Below, in pieces: positions 14,531-26,575 of a stretch of DNA of 64,000 nt. The notes under the pieces are model-generated. The model was not told where the DNA came from. It did no database searches and saw only the letters and a list, made by a program, of their open reading frames with translations. The stretch lies in assembly GCF_009914755.1 (NCBI RefSeq), contig NC_060928.1. The stretch is one strand, 5' to 3'. This DNA comes from the human T2T-CHM13v2.0 reference genome, Homo sapiens. Numbering within the stretch: the first letter of the stretch is position 1; each line of letters begins with the position of its first letter. The position numbers were made by a program, and so were the translations under genes.

Positions 14531-14629
14531 CTATCAGTTTTACATCAGTATGATACATGTGCTGGAATTAATGAACCAATTTCGATATATTATTATTAAC
14601 TAAAGTCAATTTTGTTTATATTTTCTTAG

Positions 14630-15345
14630 TTTGTACCTAATGCCACTTTTGGGTTTCAGGATCCTATCCAGGAAAACACAGTATATTTAGGTGTCATGTC
14701 TCCTGGTAATTTCTAAAGGCTTCTTCCTTTCTCTCTGTCTCTTTCCCCCCTTCCCCTTCGCCTTCCCCTTCCCCTTCCCCTTCCCCTTTCCCTTCCCCTT
14801 CCCCTTCTCCTTCCTTCCTTCCTTTCTTCCTTTCTTCCTTCTCTCCTTCCTTTCTCTTTTCTTTTTTCTTTTTCTCTTCCTCTCTTTCGTTCTTTCTCTT
14901 TATTCTTTCTTTCTTTCTTTCCTTCCTTCCTTCTTTCATTTTCTTTCATCTTTATCTCCTTTCCTTTTCTTTTTCCTTTTGTTTTTCCTTTGCCCTTTCC
15001 TTTTTCCTTTCCTCTTTCTTTTTCCCTTTCCTTTCCTCTCCTCCCTTCCCCTCTCCTCTCCTCTCCTTTCCTTTTTCCTTTCATATCTCGTTTTCTTCCT
15101 TTCCTTTTCTTTTTGATGACTAGACAATTTCTAGTAGCACTGGCCAGAAATTTTATGTAATGTTCCTTTGTTGGTATTTGTCTGATATTTGTGTTTTGAT
15201 TGCATTTGTGTGATAGGTTTGGGTAAGAAGTCTACAGAGGTAAAGTTTCATTTCCATAAGATCATACTAAGCATGACTTATTGTAGAAGTTGACCTTGAT
15301 TGAGGTAGCATTTGTCAAATTTCTCCACTATAAAATTACTTCTTT
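14630..15345 (-). mobile_element. L1MC (L1MC4-like) 3' fragment split by a pyrimidine tract
   Basis: TTCAGGATCCTATCCAGGA...TTTAGGTGTCATGTCTCC before the tract; TTTTGATGACT...ACTGGCCAG...TTTGTCTGAT after it. Confidence 0.7.
14719..15113. repeat. ~395-bp polypyrimidine/polypurine tract with (CCCCTT)n, (CCTT)n and (CTTT)n blocks
   Basis: Almost purine-free on the + strand; source of the F/P/L/S and K/E/R/G pseudo-ORFs. Confidence 0.96.
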
Positions 15346-15395
15346 ATACCCATTAGATTGACATTGCATTGCCTTATTTCCTCTTTTATTTTAGT

Positions 15396-15439
<44 letters not shown>

Positions 15440-15470
15440 ATCTATCTATCTATCATCTATCATATATCTA
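15396..15470. repeat. Compound (TCTA)n tetranucleotide STR
   Basis: (TCTA)11 A (TCTA)3 TCA TCTA TCA... Confidence 0.95.
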
Positions 15471-15749
15471 TTACCTATTTAAATTGTATTTGGTGTATGA
15501 TCATTTGTTTTATATTTATTTTTCTTTCTAAGGAAACAATATGAAGTTTGTAAAAAGATAAACTATACTCTAGATTACATCTTCTCTACTTAGATGCTTT
15601 AACCTAATTAAGTTACCTAAAAGTAGAAGATCAAACTATCCTACTTTTACATAACACTAAGATTTGAATATATCTTCTTGTCACAGAATATATATTATAT
15701 TTCACATATGAGGTTTTCATACATATGATGTGCTAATTTACAGAGTGTA

Positions 15750-15938
15750 GTATACTAATCTCACTCTCAAATTTGTACAATCTTAAGATAACCTCTAAAA
15801 TACTGATTCCCTGGCTTTCTCCCTCAATATGTAAGTTTAGTTAAAATTTTGTGTGGGACCAGAAATAGGCATTTTTAACAAGCACTCCAGTCAGTTATGA
15901 TATTGGTGGTTCAGAGACCACACTTCTAAAAATACTAG
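15750..15938. mobile_element. MER5-type hAT-Charlie DNA transposon relic
   Basis: AAAATACTGATTCCCTGG...GCATTTTTAACAAGCACTCCAG...GGTTCAGAGACCACACTT. Confidence 0.65.
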
Positions 15939-16009
15939 GTGTAATATTTAAAAGTGTTAGGTTTATCATCACCAATATTGAAATTTTACCCTATTTTCAA
16001 CTTTTTTTA

Positions 16010-16142
16010 TCTGTATGATTTTGAGCCAGTTACTTTTGGTCTCAATATATCAATTTATCTGTAAAGCGAAGGTGATAATAGAACTTTACACAGATAATGT
16101 GGCTAATACAGCATTTAGCCCAGTTCCTAATATATACTAAGT
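16010..16142 (+). mobile_element. MIR fragment
   Basis: CTGTATGATTTTGAGCCAGTTACTT...ATCTGTAAA...GATAATA...AGCATTTAGCCCAGTTCCT. Confidence 0.6.
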
Positions 16143-17993
16143 CATGAGTAAATTCTAGATCCTATTTTTAAGCAAGAAATATTCATCTTTTTCAGTTGTT
16201 TTTTTCTAATTACCGTTAGACTTTGTACAGTAAATATTATAGTTTTCGAATTACATTCTATGGTTTTCAAAACGACAACCATATTAATTCTGAATTGTGC
16301 TACTTCTCCCAATATCACAATAAACCTAAAACTTGTAATAATACATAAAACATTTGGAATAATATTTTCTTTATGCATCATAAAACATTCAAGCTCTCTA
16401 CAGGGAAATGTGATATTAAGAACTAAACAATCAGGCTACGAGCTGAAAGGAAAACTTTCTAGCTAACATTGTCCTAAGTCATTACATTTCCCTTAAGGTA
16501 AGAAAATACAGTGTCTGTTTCCTGTGAGAATAACAATACCTGACATCATGTAATAGTTAAAAACATTTACTAATTTGGTAATGCATAGAATTTCAACACA
16601 AACATGATTTTTATCATGTAAATTGTCAGAACACTGAAACACAGAGATTTTCAGGGAAATGCCTTAGATTATTTAATAAATCTAAATCTCATAGCTACAA
16701 ACAGCATGTTAGACAGAAAGAAAATTCAAAAAAATTTTTTTTGAGTCTGATAACAGAGAATGTTGACATCATTAACAGAAATACTGTTGCTAAACGATTC
16801 TGTTTTGGAATAGAGGGGTGTAAGTTTTATTTGTATGTTTGAACATTTTTAGTTTGAAGTAAAGTTAGCATATTTTCATTAAGCCTTCTCAGTGGCTTTT
16901 CTTTGAGTCTTTCATCTTTATTAAAAAAATGAAAGCAATAAAAATAATGAGTTGAGCATCATAACATACAAGAGTTTTCTACTATTAAACTTTATTTATA
17001 ATTTACCCAAGTACTACATAAGTATTTTTTACTTTTCTAAAATAATTTTATTTAAATAATTTTGATTTAGACATTTGACATTCAAGTACTATAATTTATT
17101 TGCAAGTTTTCTTTTAATTGTAAAGATAAATTTTGTCTTTAGAAGAAAAATACATATTTGAAACATAAATATTGTTTTGAATTTTTACATGTATTTTAAT
17201 TTATATTGTTTGATAAAATATGTTCACATTTTACATATTTTGAATACTGTTCTATCTTATTTTATAGGTTTCTTATTGATGATGATAGTGACACTTTTTG
17301 GGGTTTGTCTGTAAGAAAAAATATGCCTATCTACCTAAGTTCACTTTTAAAATGCTATTTTATCCTTTAGATTTATTTATATTCTGTAAACTTTAAAACT
17401 ATTATTATACTTTTTTATTATTGGTGCAGAAACTTTACTCTGAAACTCTTATTGGTCATATTAATTTCCTAGAAAATGTTCTTAGGATTAACATTCTTAA
17501 TTTGTTAAGTTGAAAAAGTATTTTCAAAATCGATGTGTTATTTCATGATAGTCCACGGATATTTAAAAATATTTGCACTTTAATAGCAAGTTAAAGTGTT
17601 TTACATAAAGAGATATTCTGAAGTTTAATTAAAAACATGAATATTTCTGAAAATTTACATGTAATACAGGTTATAGGCACAGGTATGTAGCTTCTGGAAC
17701 AGAACTACTCTTGGAATCTCCCTTTGTGTTTTCGTTATATGTCATGATGATGTGCTTATAATCAGCAACATTTCTTGTTTTTTTTTTCTGATACTTTGGG
17801 AAACACATAAAACCTCATTTTGTGTGTGTGTGTGCGTGTGTGTATGTATATATATACATGCACATATATATATGCACTTGCTTCCTAAACTTATATTCTA
17901 GTAGAGAAATAATATAACATAGTTGATTTTGGAAGTATTTCAATACAATAGAACCAAAAGTTTGAGTTAGAATTTTGGCAGCTAAAAATCTAG

Positions 17994-18437
17994 TGTGAAG
18001 GTTAATATTGAGTATAAACTTGATTAGATGGAAGGATGCAAAGTATTGTTCCTAGGTGTGTCTGTGAGGATGTTGCCAAAGGAGATTAACATTTGAGTCA
18101 GCTGGCTGGGAAAGGCAAACACACCCTTATTCTGGGTGGGCACAATCTAATCAGCTGCCAGTGGGGCCAGAATAAAAGCAGACAGAAGAATGTGGAAAGA
18201 TTAGTCTGGTTTTGTCTTCTGGCCTACACCTTTCTTGCATGTTGGATGCTTCCTGCCCTCTAACATGGGACTCCAAGTTCTTCAGCTTTGGGACTCAGAC
18301 TGGCTTCCTTTCTCCTCAGCTTGCAGGTGGCCTATTGTGGGACCTGACCTTGTGATTGTGTGAGTCAATAATCCTTAATAAACTCTCCTTTATTTATCCT
18401 ATTAGTTATGCTTCTCTAAAGAACCCTGACTAATGCA
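17994..18437 (+). mobile_element. MLT2A1 solo LTR (HERV-L)
   Basis: TGTGAAGGTTAATATTGAGT...GAACCCTGACTAATGCA, 444 bp, TG..CA ends, perfect 5-bp TSD TCTAG (17989-17993, 18438-18442). Confidence 0.92.
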
Positions 18438-18850
18438 TCTAGTAACTATGCAATATGTGCTAATGTAGGAAAGCTTTTGGAAAGTTGGCCAAATGTTTAA
18501 TTCTCATCAATGTTTACAAAGAATACTTTTAATACCTCTAAACTGGGATTACATTTTACTCTACCTACAGACTACCACTTCTTTATGTAGTACTCTGACA
18601 ATGTTTTATAATTATGTTTTCAGTGTAGCCACAACAGACATTTGGATTTTCTATACCTAGTTTAGAATCTCTATATCAGTAGATTCCCAATTTTCTCACT
18701 AAACTTTCAAATACAGCAAAATTTGCCCAGATTATTTAAAAATATAACATTTCTTATAGATTTCATCATATTCTAATTCCTTCATAATTAGTATGCGGAG
18801 AAAACTATTTGAAAAATAATCAAGCCCTACAAATTTCAAAAATCTTATTT

Positions 18851-20205
18851 AACAGAGAACCCAGAGATAAAGCTGCACATCCATAGCCATCTGATCTTCA
18901 ATAACGTTCACAAAAATAACTAATGGAGAAAGGACTTGCTATTCAATAGATGTAGTGGGATAGTTGGCTAGCTGTATGAGGAAGAATGACTCTGGACCTA
19001 TACCTTTCACTATATACAAACATTAACTCAAGATGGATTGAATATTTAAATGTAAAATATCAAACTATAAGAATTCTAGAAGAAAACCTAGGAAATACCA
19101 TGCTACATGTAAGCCTTGGCAAAGAATTTATGACTAAGACCTTAAAAGCAATTGCAACAAATAATTTGACAAGAGGGATTTCATTAAACTAAAGAGTTTT
19201 TGCACAGCAAAAGAAGCTATCAACAGACTAAACAGACAACCTGGAGGATGAGAGAAAACATTCACAAACTATGCATCCAACAAAGATCTAATATCCAGAA
19301 TCTACAAAGAACTTAAACAATTAACAAGCAAAAAACAAATAACGCCATTAAAAAGTGAGCAAAAGACATAAACAGACACTTCTCAAAAGGAGACATAGAA
19401 GCAGCCAACAAACATATGAAAAAATATTAAACATCACTAATAACCAGAGAAGTGCAAATCAAAACCACAATGAGATACCATCTCACACCAGTCAGAACTG
19501 CTATTTTTAAAAAGTCGAAAACCAGCAGGTAGTGGTGAGACTTCATAGAAAAGGGAACACTTATGCAATATAGGTGGAAATGTATACTATTTCAGCCATT
19601 GTGGAAAGCAATTTGGAGATTTCTCACAGAACTTAAAACAGAACTACCATTTCACCCAGCAATCCCATTAGTAGGTGTATTTCTGAAAGAAAATAAATTA
19701 TTCTACAAAATAGCCACATGCATTCATATGTTCATTGTAGCACTATCCACAATAGCAAATATATGGAACCAACCTAGGTGTCCATCAGTGGTGAACTGGA
19801 TAAAGAAAATGTGGTACATATACACCATGGAATACTATGTAGCCATAAGAAAGTACAAAATCCTGTACTTCATGTAGCAACATGGAAGCAGATGGAGGCC
19901 ATTATCTTAAGTGAATTAACACAAGAACAGGAAACAAAATACTGTATGTTATAACTTACAAGTGGGAGATAAATTTTGCGTACCCATGGATATAAAGTTT
20001 GCAACAATAGACACTGGGGACTTTTAGAGCAGGGAGGCAGAAAGAGGGGCAAAGACTGAAAAACTAATGCTGGGTACCAGGTTCATTATCTGGATGATGG
20101 GATCATTCATATCTCGAACCTCAGCATCATGTAATATATCCATGTAACAAACCTGCAAATATACCCCCAAATCTAAAGTAAATGCCAAAATCATAAAATA
20201 TAAAC
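18851..20205 (+). mobile_element. 5'-truncated L1PA15/16-like element (ORF2 C-terminus and 3' UTR)
   Basis: ORF2-like peptides at 18986 and 19563; 3' UTR GGGATCATTCATATCTCGAACCTCAGCATCATGTAATAT; imperfect TSD AAAAATCTTATTT / AGAAATCTTCTTT. Confidence 0.88.
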
Positions 20206-20429
20206 ATACGTTGAGAAATCTTCTTTTACTTAAATGATAGGGTAAATTTTTATCAAAAATCATTAGTCTCAGATTTGCTTTTAACTATTTAAGTGTTTAG
20301 CCTAAAATAAACTTTTCTTTTTCCTCCTTGTTAGATGATTAACAACTTTCCATTTCTCTAACCACTTAGAGTAAGTAGTTCCATTTTTCCAACTACTTCT
20401 TCTGAATTATTCTGACTTTCCTTGCCTTT

Positions 20430-21030
20430 CATAACTGAATTGCATGGGTTCTTAATACAAATACAATATTTGTATTACATTCAAATATAGAAAGAATTGA
20501 TCTATGGTTGTCCCTTATCAGATATATATTATATTAATATTTTCCGGCATGTATGTATTTATTTTTCTAACTGTGTCTGCATCTTCTGATGAGTAGAAAT
20601 TTTTAATTTTGTTCAATTCCATTTTATCATATTTTTCTTTATATTCACTGCTTTCTGTTACCTGTCTACAAAAGGGTTGCCTTCATGGAAATATTTTGCT
20701 ATATTGTCTATTAAATATGTTATGGCTTTAACTTGGGTTGTCTTAATAACTTTGACAATGTTATTTAGTCATATTAAGTCTATTCTTGGGTCTTTTTAAT
20801 AAGTTTTGGAGTAAGGCGGTGAGCCTTAGGAACTTTTTCTTTTTTTCAAAATAAATTTGGATATTCTAAAGCCCCATTTATTTTCCACATAAATTGTATC
20901 ATCAGCTTGGAAATTTCAACATCAGTAATGAAAAGAATTCTGGAATAATATTTGAGACCCCATTGGATTTATATATGAATTGGAGAAGAATTGACAACTT
21001 AGCAATATTGAGTCTTCCAATCTGCATCCT
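20430..21030 (-). mobile_element. Old L1M ORF2 fragments
   Basis: 'GRLNIAKLSILLQFIYKSN' (ORF 20902-21102) is L1 ORF2-like. Confidence 0.7.
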
Positions 21031-21149
21031 AGGAATAATGGCAATACTGGACATACTAAACAAAAAACTAACACTAGACAAAATACTGTGTTTCAGGTTC
21101 AAATTAGATCAACCAAAAGGTACTTACTGAAACTACTGAAACTCTCATA

Positions 21150-21760
21150 GATTTTTTGTGGGTATAAATTGTTACAGCCACCCTAGAAAACTCTTTATCA
21201 GACTCTAATAAAATGTGTACTTACACTGTGACACAAAATTTTTATCCTAGCTATATAGCCAAAAGACATGAAACTACATGTCGACCAAAATACAAACATA
21301 CAGACAAGAGCAACAAAGTTTTATACCAGTTTTATTCATAAAATTCCAACCTGGAAACAACCCACAGAAATAAAATATGTTTTTGTACATTTACACAATG
21401 TCATACTACATATCAGTGAAAAAGAATAGACCACTGGTGAAACAACAGCATGGATGAATTTCGCAGAAATAATGCTGAATGAGAGAAGACAGACATAAAA
21501 GACAATATACTGTAAGATTGTATTTGTACTACATTCAAATATAGAAATAATTGATCTATGGTTGTAGAGGTCAGGTAAGTGGTTAATTTAAGTGACATAT
21601 TGTCTACAGGGTGATGTGCTACAGCTTTCTTGGATACTAATCTCTCCTAATGTATATGGTGACAGTAAATAATATTGATACATAAAATTAATTGAGCCAT
21701 ATGGTAAATATTCATGTACTTTATTGCATGCACATTAAACACCAATTTAAAAGAAAATGT
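21150..21760 (+). mobile_element. L1ME/MD-type 3' end
   Basis: GGGTATAAATTGTTACAGCCACCCTAGAAAAC; AACAACAGCATGGATGAATTTC...ATAATGCTGAATGAGAGAAG. Confidence 0.7.
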
Positions 21761-21799
21761 ATTGAATAATTAGATTTCTCCACCTTATGCGGAACACAG

Positions 21800-24700
21800 A
21801 CACTAAGGTAGCTCTTTCTAAAGCAACTTATCAAATGGATCTTATAAGAAGAAAGCAAAGAGCATAGAGGAAAGACTTCCATCTACTAAAATCTGGGGGA
21901 TACCTCATTAAAGTAGTTTACTCTGCAGCAGTTGTAATGCAGTGAATCCTACAAGCTGACTGTCCCTATGCACAGCCAAAAATTTCTCGTTGGTTTAGTA
22001 CTTTCCTCTTTTTAGTAGAAACAGATAATCAAGAATCAGAAGTTATGAGAGCAAATATCCAAACATGACAATCTACAAAATGAGGAATAAAAGAATTCAG
22101 AGGTAACAATGTGTTTTGAAAGAACAAGAGATCTAATTTTGAAATAAAACTAGATTCTAAGGATGACGAAGGAAAGATGTGCACCATGAATTTAACAATA
22201 GATTCAGTATTCTGCAAAAAACAAAACAAGACAAAACAAAACAAACAAAACAAATACAAAATGAAAAGATGCTCTTAAGAAAGAAAACTAATATCTACAA
22301 TTTGAAATTTTTCAATAGAAGATTTGAAAGATTATGCCAAGTTAAGCTCTTAAAAGGTAGTAAAAATGACAAAAAGAAAATATGACAATTAGAAAATGAT
22401 TTTGTGGAGTTCTCAGATCACAATAATATTTCTTCAAAGACAGAACAATGAATAAGAAGGAGAAGATTAATATATCAAAAATAGTATAATAAAACTTCCC
22501 AAAGACTGAAGAATATGTGTCTTACAGAAAAAAAAGACCCACTCTAGAAAACAGAACACAAAGGGAGCATGCTGGATGATATGGTTTGGCTCTGTGTCCC
22601 CACCCAAATCTCATCTTGATTTACACTCCCATAATTTCTGCTTGTTGTGAGAGGGACCCAGTAGGAGATAATCTGAATCATAGGGTGGTTTTCCCTATAC
22701 TGTGCTCTTAGTAGTGAATAAGTTTAATGAGATCTGATTGTTTTAAAAGGGGTTTCTGCTTTGACGTTTTCCTCATTCTCTCTTTGCCTGCTGCTATCCA
22801 TGTAAGATGGGACTTTCTCCTTGCATTCCACCATGATTGTGAGGCTTCCCCAGCAACATGGAACTGTGAGTCAAATTAAACCTCTTTTTTCTGTAAGTTA
22901 CCCAGTCTCAAGTTTGTCTTTATCAGCAGCATGAAAATGGAATAATAGAGTAAATTGGTACCAGTAGAATGGGGCATGGCTGAAAAAATACCCCAAAATG
23001 TGGAAGTTACTTTGGAACTGAGTAACAGACAGAGGTTGAAACAGTTTGGAGGGCTCAGAAGAAGACAGGAAAATGTGGGAAAGTTTGGAACTTCATAGAG
23101 ACTTGTTAAATGGCTTTGACAAAAATGCTGATAGTGATATGAACAATAAGGTCCAGGCTGAGGTGGTCTCAGATGGAGATGGGGAACTTTTTGGGAACTG
23201 AAGGAAAGATGACTCTTGTTATGTTTTAGCAAAGAGACTGGTGGCATTTTGCCCCTGCCCTAGAGATATGTGAAACTTAGAACTTCAAAAAGCTGATTTA
23301 GGGTATCTGCTGGAAGAAATTTCTAAGCACCAAACCATTCAAGAGGTGAATTGGGTGCTGTTAAAGGCATTCAGTTTAATAAGGAAAACGGCATAAAAGT
23401 TCAGAAAATTTGCAGCCTGACAGTGCAATAGAAAAGAAAATTTCATTTTCTGAGGAGAAATCCAAGCCTGCTGCAGAAATTTGCATAAGTAACAAAGAGC
23501 TGAATGTTAATCCCCAAGACAATGGGGAAAATGTCTTGAGGGCATGTCAGAGGTCTTCATGACAGCCCCTCCCATCACAGGCCCGGAGGCCTGGAAGGAA
23601 AACATGGTTTCATGGGCTGTGTCCAGGGCCCCTGTGCTGTGGGCAGCCAAGGGACTTGATGCCCTGTGTCCCAGCCACTCTTTCCATGATGAAAAAGGGT
23701 CAATGTAGAGCTCGGACATGTCTTCAGAGGATGCAAGTCCCATGCTTTAGCAGCTGCCAACTGGTATTGAGCCTGTGAATGCACAGAAGTCAAGAACTGG
23801 GGTTTGGGAACCTCTGCCTAGGTTTCAGAGTATGTATAGAAATGCCTGGATGCCCAGGAAGAAGTTTGCTGCAGGGATGGGGCTCTCATGGATAACCTCT
23901 GCTAGGGCAGTGTGGAAAGAAAACATGGGGTTGGAGCCCCCATACAGAGTCCCTTCTAGGGCACTGCCTAGTGGAGCTGTGAGAAAAGAGCCACCATCCA
24001 TCCGCTAGACCCCAGAAAGATAGATCCACCAACAGCTTGCATCATGTGCCTGGAAAAGCCACAGATAGTCAACACCAGACCCTGAAAGCAGCCAGGAGGG
24101 AGGCTGTACCCTACAGAGCCACAGTGGTGGGAGCTGCCCAAGACCATGGGAACCCACCTCTCGCATCAGCATGACCCAGATGCGAGACATGGCATCAAAG
24201 GAGATCAGTTTGGAGCTTTAAGATTTGACTGCCCTGCTGGATTTCAGACTTGCATAGGGCTGGTAGCCCCTTTGTTTTGGCCATTTTTCCCCATTTGGAA
24301 AAGCTGTATTCACCCAATGCCTATACCCCCATTGTATCAAGGAAGTAACGAACTTGCTTTTGGTTTTACAGGCTGATAGATGGAAGGGACTTGCCTTGTC
24401 TCAGATGAGACTTTGGACTGTGGATTTGGGGGTTAATGCTGAAATGAGATAAGACCTTGGGGAGCTGTTGGGAAGGCATGATTGGTTTTAAAATGTGAGG
24501 GCATTAGATTTGGAGGGGTCTGAGGTGGAATGATATGGTTTGGCTCTGTGTCCCCACCCAAATCTCATCTTGAATTTTACTCCCATAATTCCCATGTGTT
24601 GTGGGCAAACCCAGCGGAGATAATTTGAATCATTAGGATGGCTTCCCCATACTGTTTTCTTGTTAGTGAATAAGTCTTACAAGATGTGATGGTTTTATCC

Positions 24701-25200
24701 GGGGTTTCTGCTTTTGCATCTTCCTCATTCTGTCTTTGCCTGGTGCCATCCATGTAAGATGAGACTTGCTCCTCTTTGCCTCCCGCTATGATTGTGAGGC
24801 TTCCCCAACAATGTGGAACTGTAAGTCCAATTAAACTTCTTTCTTTCGTAAATTGTCAGTCTTGTATATGTCTTTATCAGCAGCACGAAAATGGTCTAAT
24901 ACACTGGGAAAGTGATTTTTAGTGTACCATTTATGTCTAGTTACACACTCCAAAGGTAAATGCAAAATAAAGACAGGATATGATTCAGAAAAATCTACCT
25001 CTTAAGCATATTTTCATAGGAAGCTACTAGAAGATGCTTTCTAACAAATCAATGAAATAAATTAAAACAAGAAGATATGAGGTTCATAAAACAGTAGCCG
25101 TAACAAATGATAGCAGATTAGAGAAATTCCAAGGTTGCAGTTGTGCTTCAATCATAGATAGCAAAGCATCCAGATTAGAACAAGAGGTTGATTCCAGGAT
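21800..25200 (+). mobile_element. Very old L1-like (ORF1-region) relic into which the THE1 inserted
   Basis: A-rich decayed ORF1-like sequence on both sides of 22577-24903; weak similarity only. Confidence 0.45.
22577..24903 (+). mobile_element. Complete THE1A/B-like MaLR element (LTRs 22577-22949 and 24531-24903)
   Basis: Both LTRs start TGATATGGTTTGGCTCTGTGTCCCCACCCAAATCTCATCTTG; ~1.58-kb internal region; purine tract before the 3' LTR; near-TSD CTGGA / CTGGG. Confidence 0.94.
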
Positions 25201-26261
25201 GGCCTTTGCAGGCCAATGATTCATTGAGTGATACACTGGAGAAGTTAAGCCATAAATATATATCAGCAGCATACACATGGCATACCAAAAGCCCAAGCCT
25301 GTCTGCTGCCACTATAAAGGATTTATGTTATGTAGCAGCCTAGAACATGAAAAGTTGCACAGAAATAAAGCACTGATATTTGGTTTATTAACTATGACAT
25401 CTTCTATTTAATTCTTCTATATTATAATCTTAGCAGAAATGATAAACATTAAAATAATTGCTAACTCAGCAATTTGGTAATAATAATAAATAAAACACAT
25501 ATCCTACTTTGACACTATACTTTTTGTTTTATATAGTAGAGCATCTATGATTGTCATAAAAACATGTTGGCTATGAAGATAAGAATTGTTCATATTTAAT
25601 AGAATATGAACTAAAAATTTTAAAATATCACAAAGAAGTTTCAACCTTTATTTAATGAAATAAATGAAAAGATGATACTTTGATGAGAGGTTGAATATAG
25701 AGCACTGGAAAGTTGATAAATAAAAAATAATGTAATCATGTTATTTTGACGTACATGATTATCTGAAGTACTGAAAATGAGAATGTTTGAACTGGATACT
25801 TTGAAAGACTATGCCAAGTTCAGCTCTCAAAAGGTAGTTAAAAATGATAAAAAAAAAAAAAGATAATTAGAAAATGTTTTTTGTATTTCCCATATCACAA
25901 TAATATTTCTTCTAAGACAGAACAATGAATAACAAGAATAGTAAAAGGAGATTCAATGATGAGACATCGTGTTTGATTTGCTGCTTCTGATTACAATACT
26001 ATTTGTACTATAATTTTAAAACGAATATGTGTGCATGTACATTGGATTTTTTAAATAAACAACAAATAAAGTGACACCATCTATTTCAGGGAATATAGAA
26101 AGAGTAATTTTATTTTTAATTTTAAGTTATTCTATAATGTTATTATATATGTAATATGTTATAATGCTTTAATTTTGTATTTTATATAATTTAAAACTAT
26201 TTTAAATTAAATTAAATTAAATTTAAATTAAGCTATATATAGACGGCTTCCTTTGTCTTAG

Positions 26262-26575
26262 CACAAGAATTGCACACCACAGCTTGTGTGCTAAATCTTG
26301 TTCACCTCTTATTTTTGATATGACCTGCAAGCTAACAGGTTTATACTTTTAAAGATTGAAAATAAATGAAATAAATAATATTTTTTGATAATTGTATGAA
26401 GTGAGAATTTCAGTTTCCATATATCAACTTATATTGAAATACATCCATACTAATTTGTCTGTTCTCTATGATTGCTTTTGCCCTACAATGGAAAATTTGA
26501 ATAATTGTGACAGAAGAAAAGCTTTAAATATTTACTATCTCACCTTTTACAGAAATCGTTTTCCAACCGGCCTTA
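26262..26575. mobile_element. MER58B-like hAT DNA transposon relic
   Basis: CTGCAAGCTAA...TTGAAATACATCCATAC...GCTTTTGCCCTACAATGG...AAATATTTACTATCT..CCTTTTACAGAAA. Confidence 0.7.

Noticed and set aside
14691-15127. F/P/L/S-rich and K/E/R/G-rich ORFs
   Set aside because: Translations of the low-complexity pyrimidine tract.
17255-17316. Possible micro-exon (TTTTATAG|...TCT|GTAAGA)
   Set aside because: Splice-like motifs are frequent in AT-rich DNA; no partner exons or recognisable peptide.
22668-24633. DUX4-like motifs in the THE1 LTRs (TAATCTGAATCA, TAATTTGAATCA)
   Set aside because: Spacing is one base longer than the 11-bp TAAYYYAATCA motif, so binding cannot be claimed.
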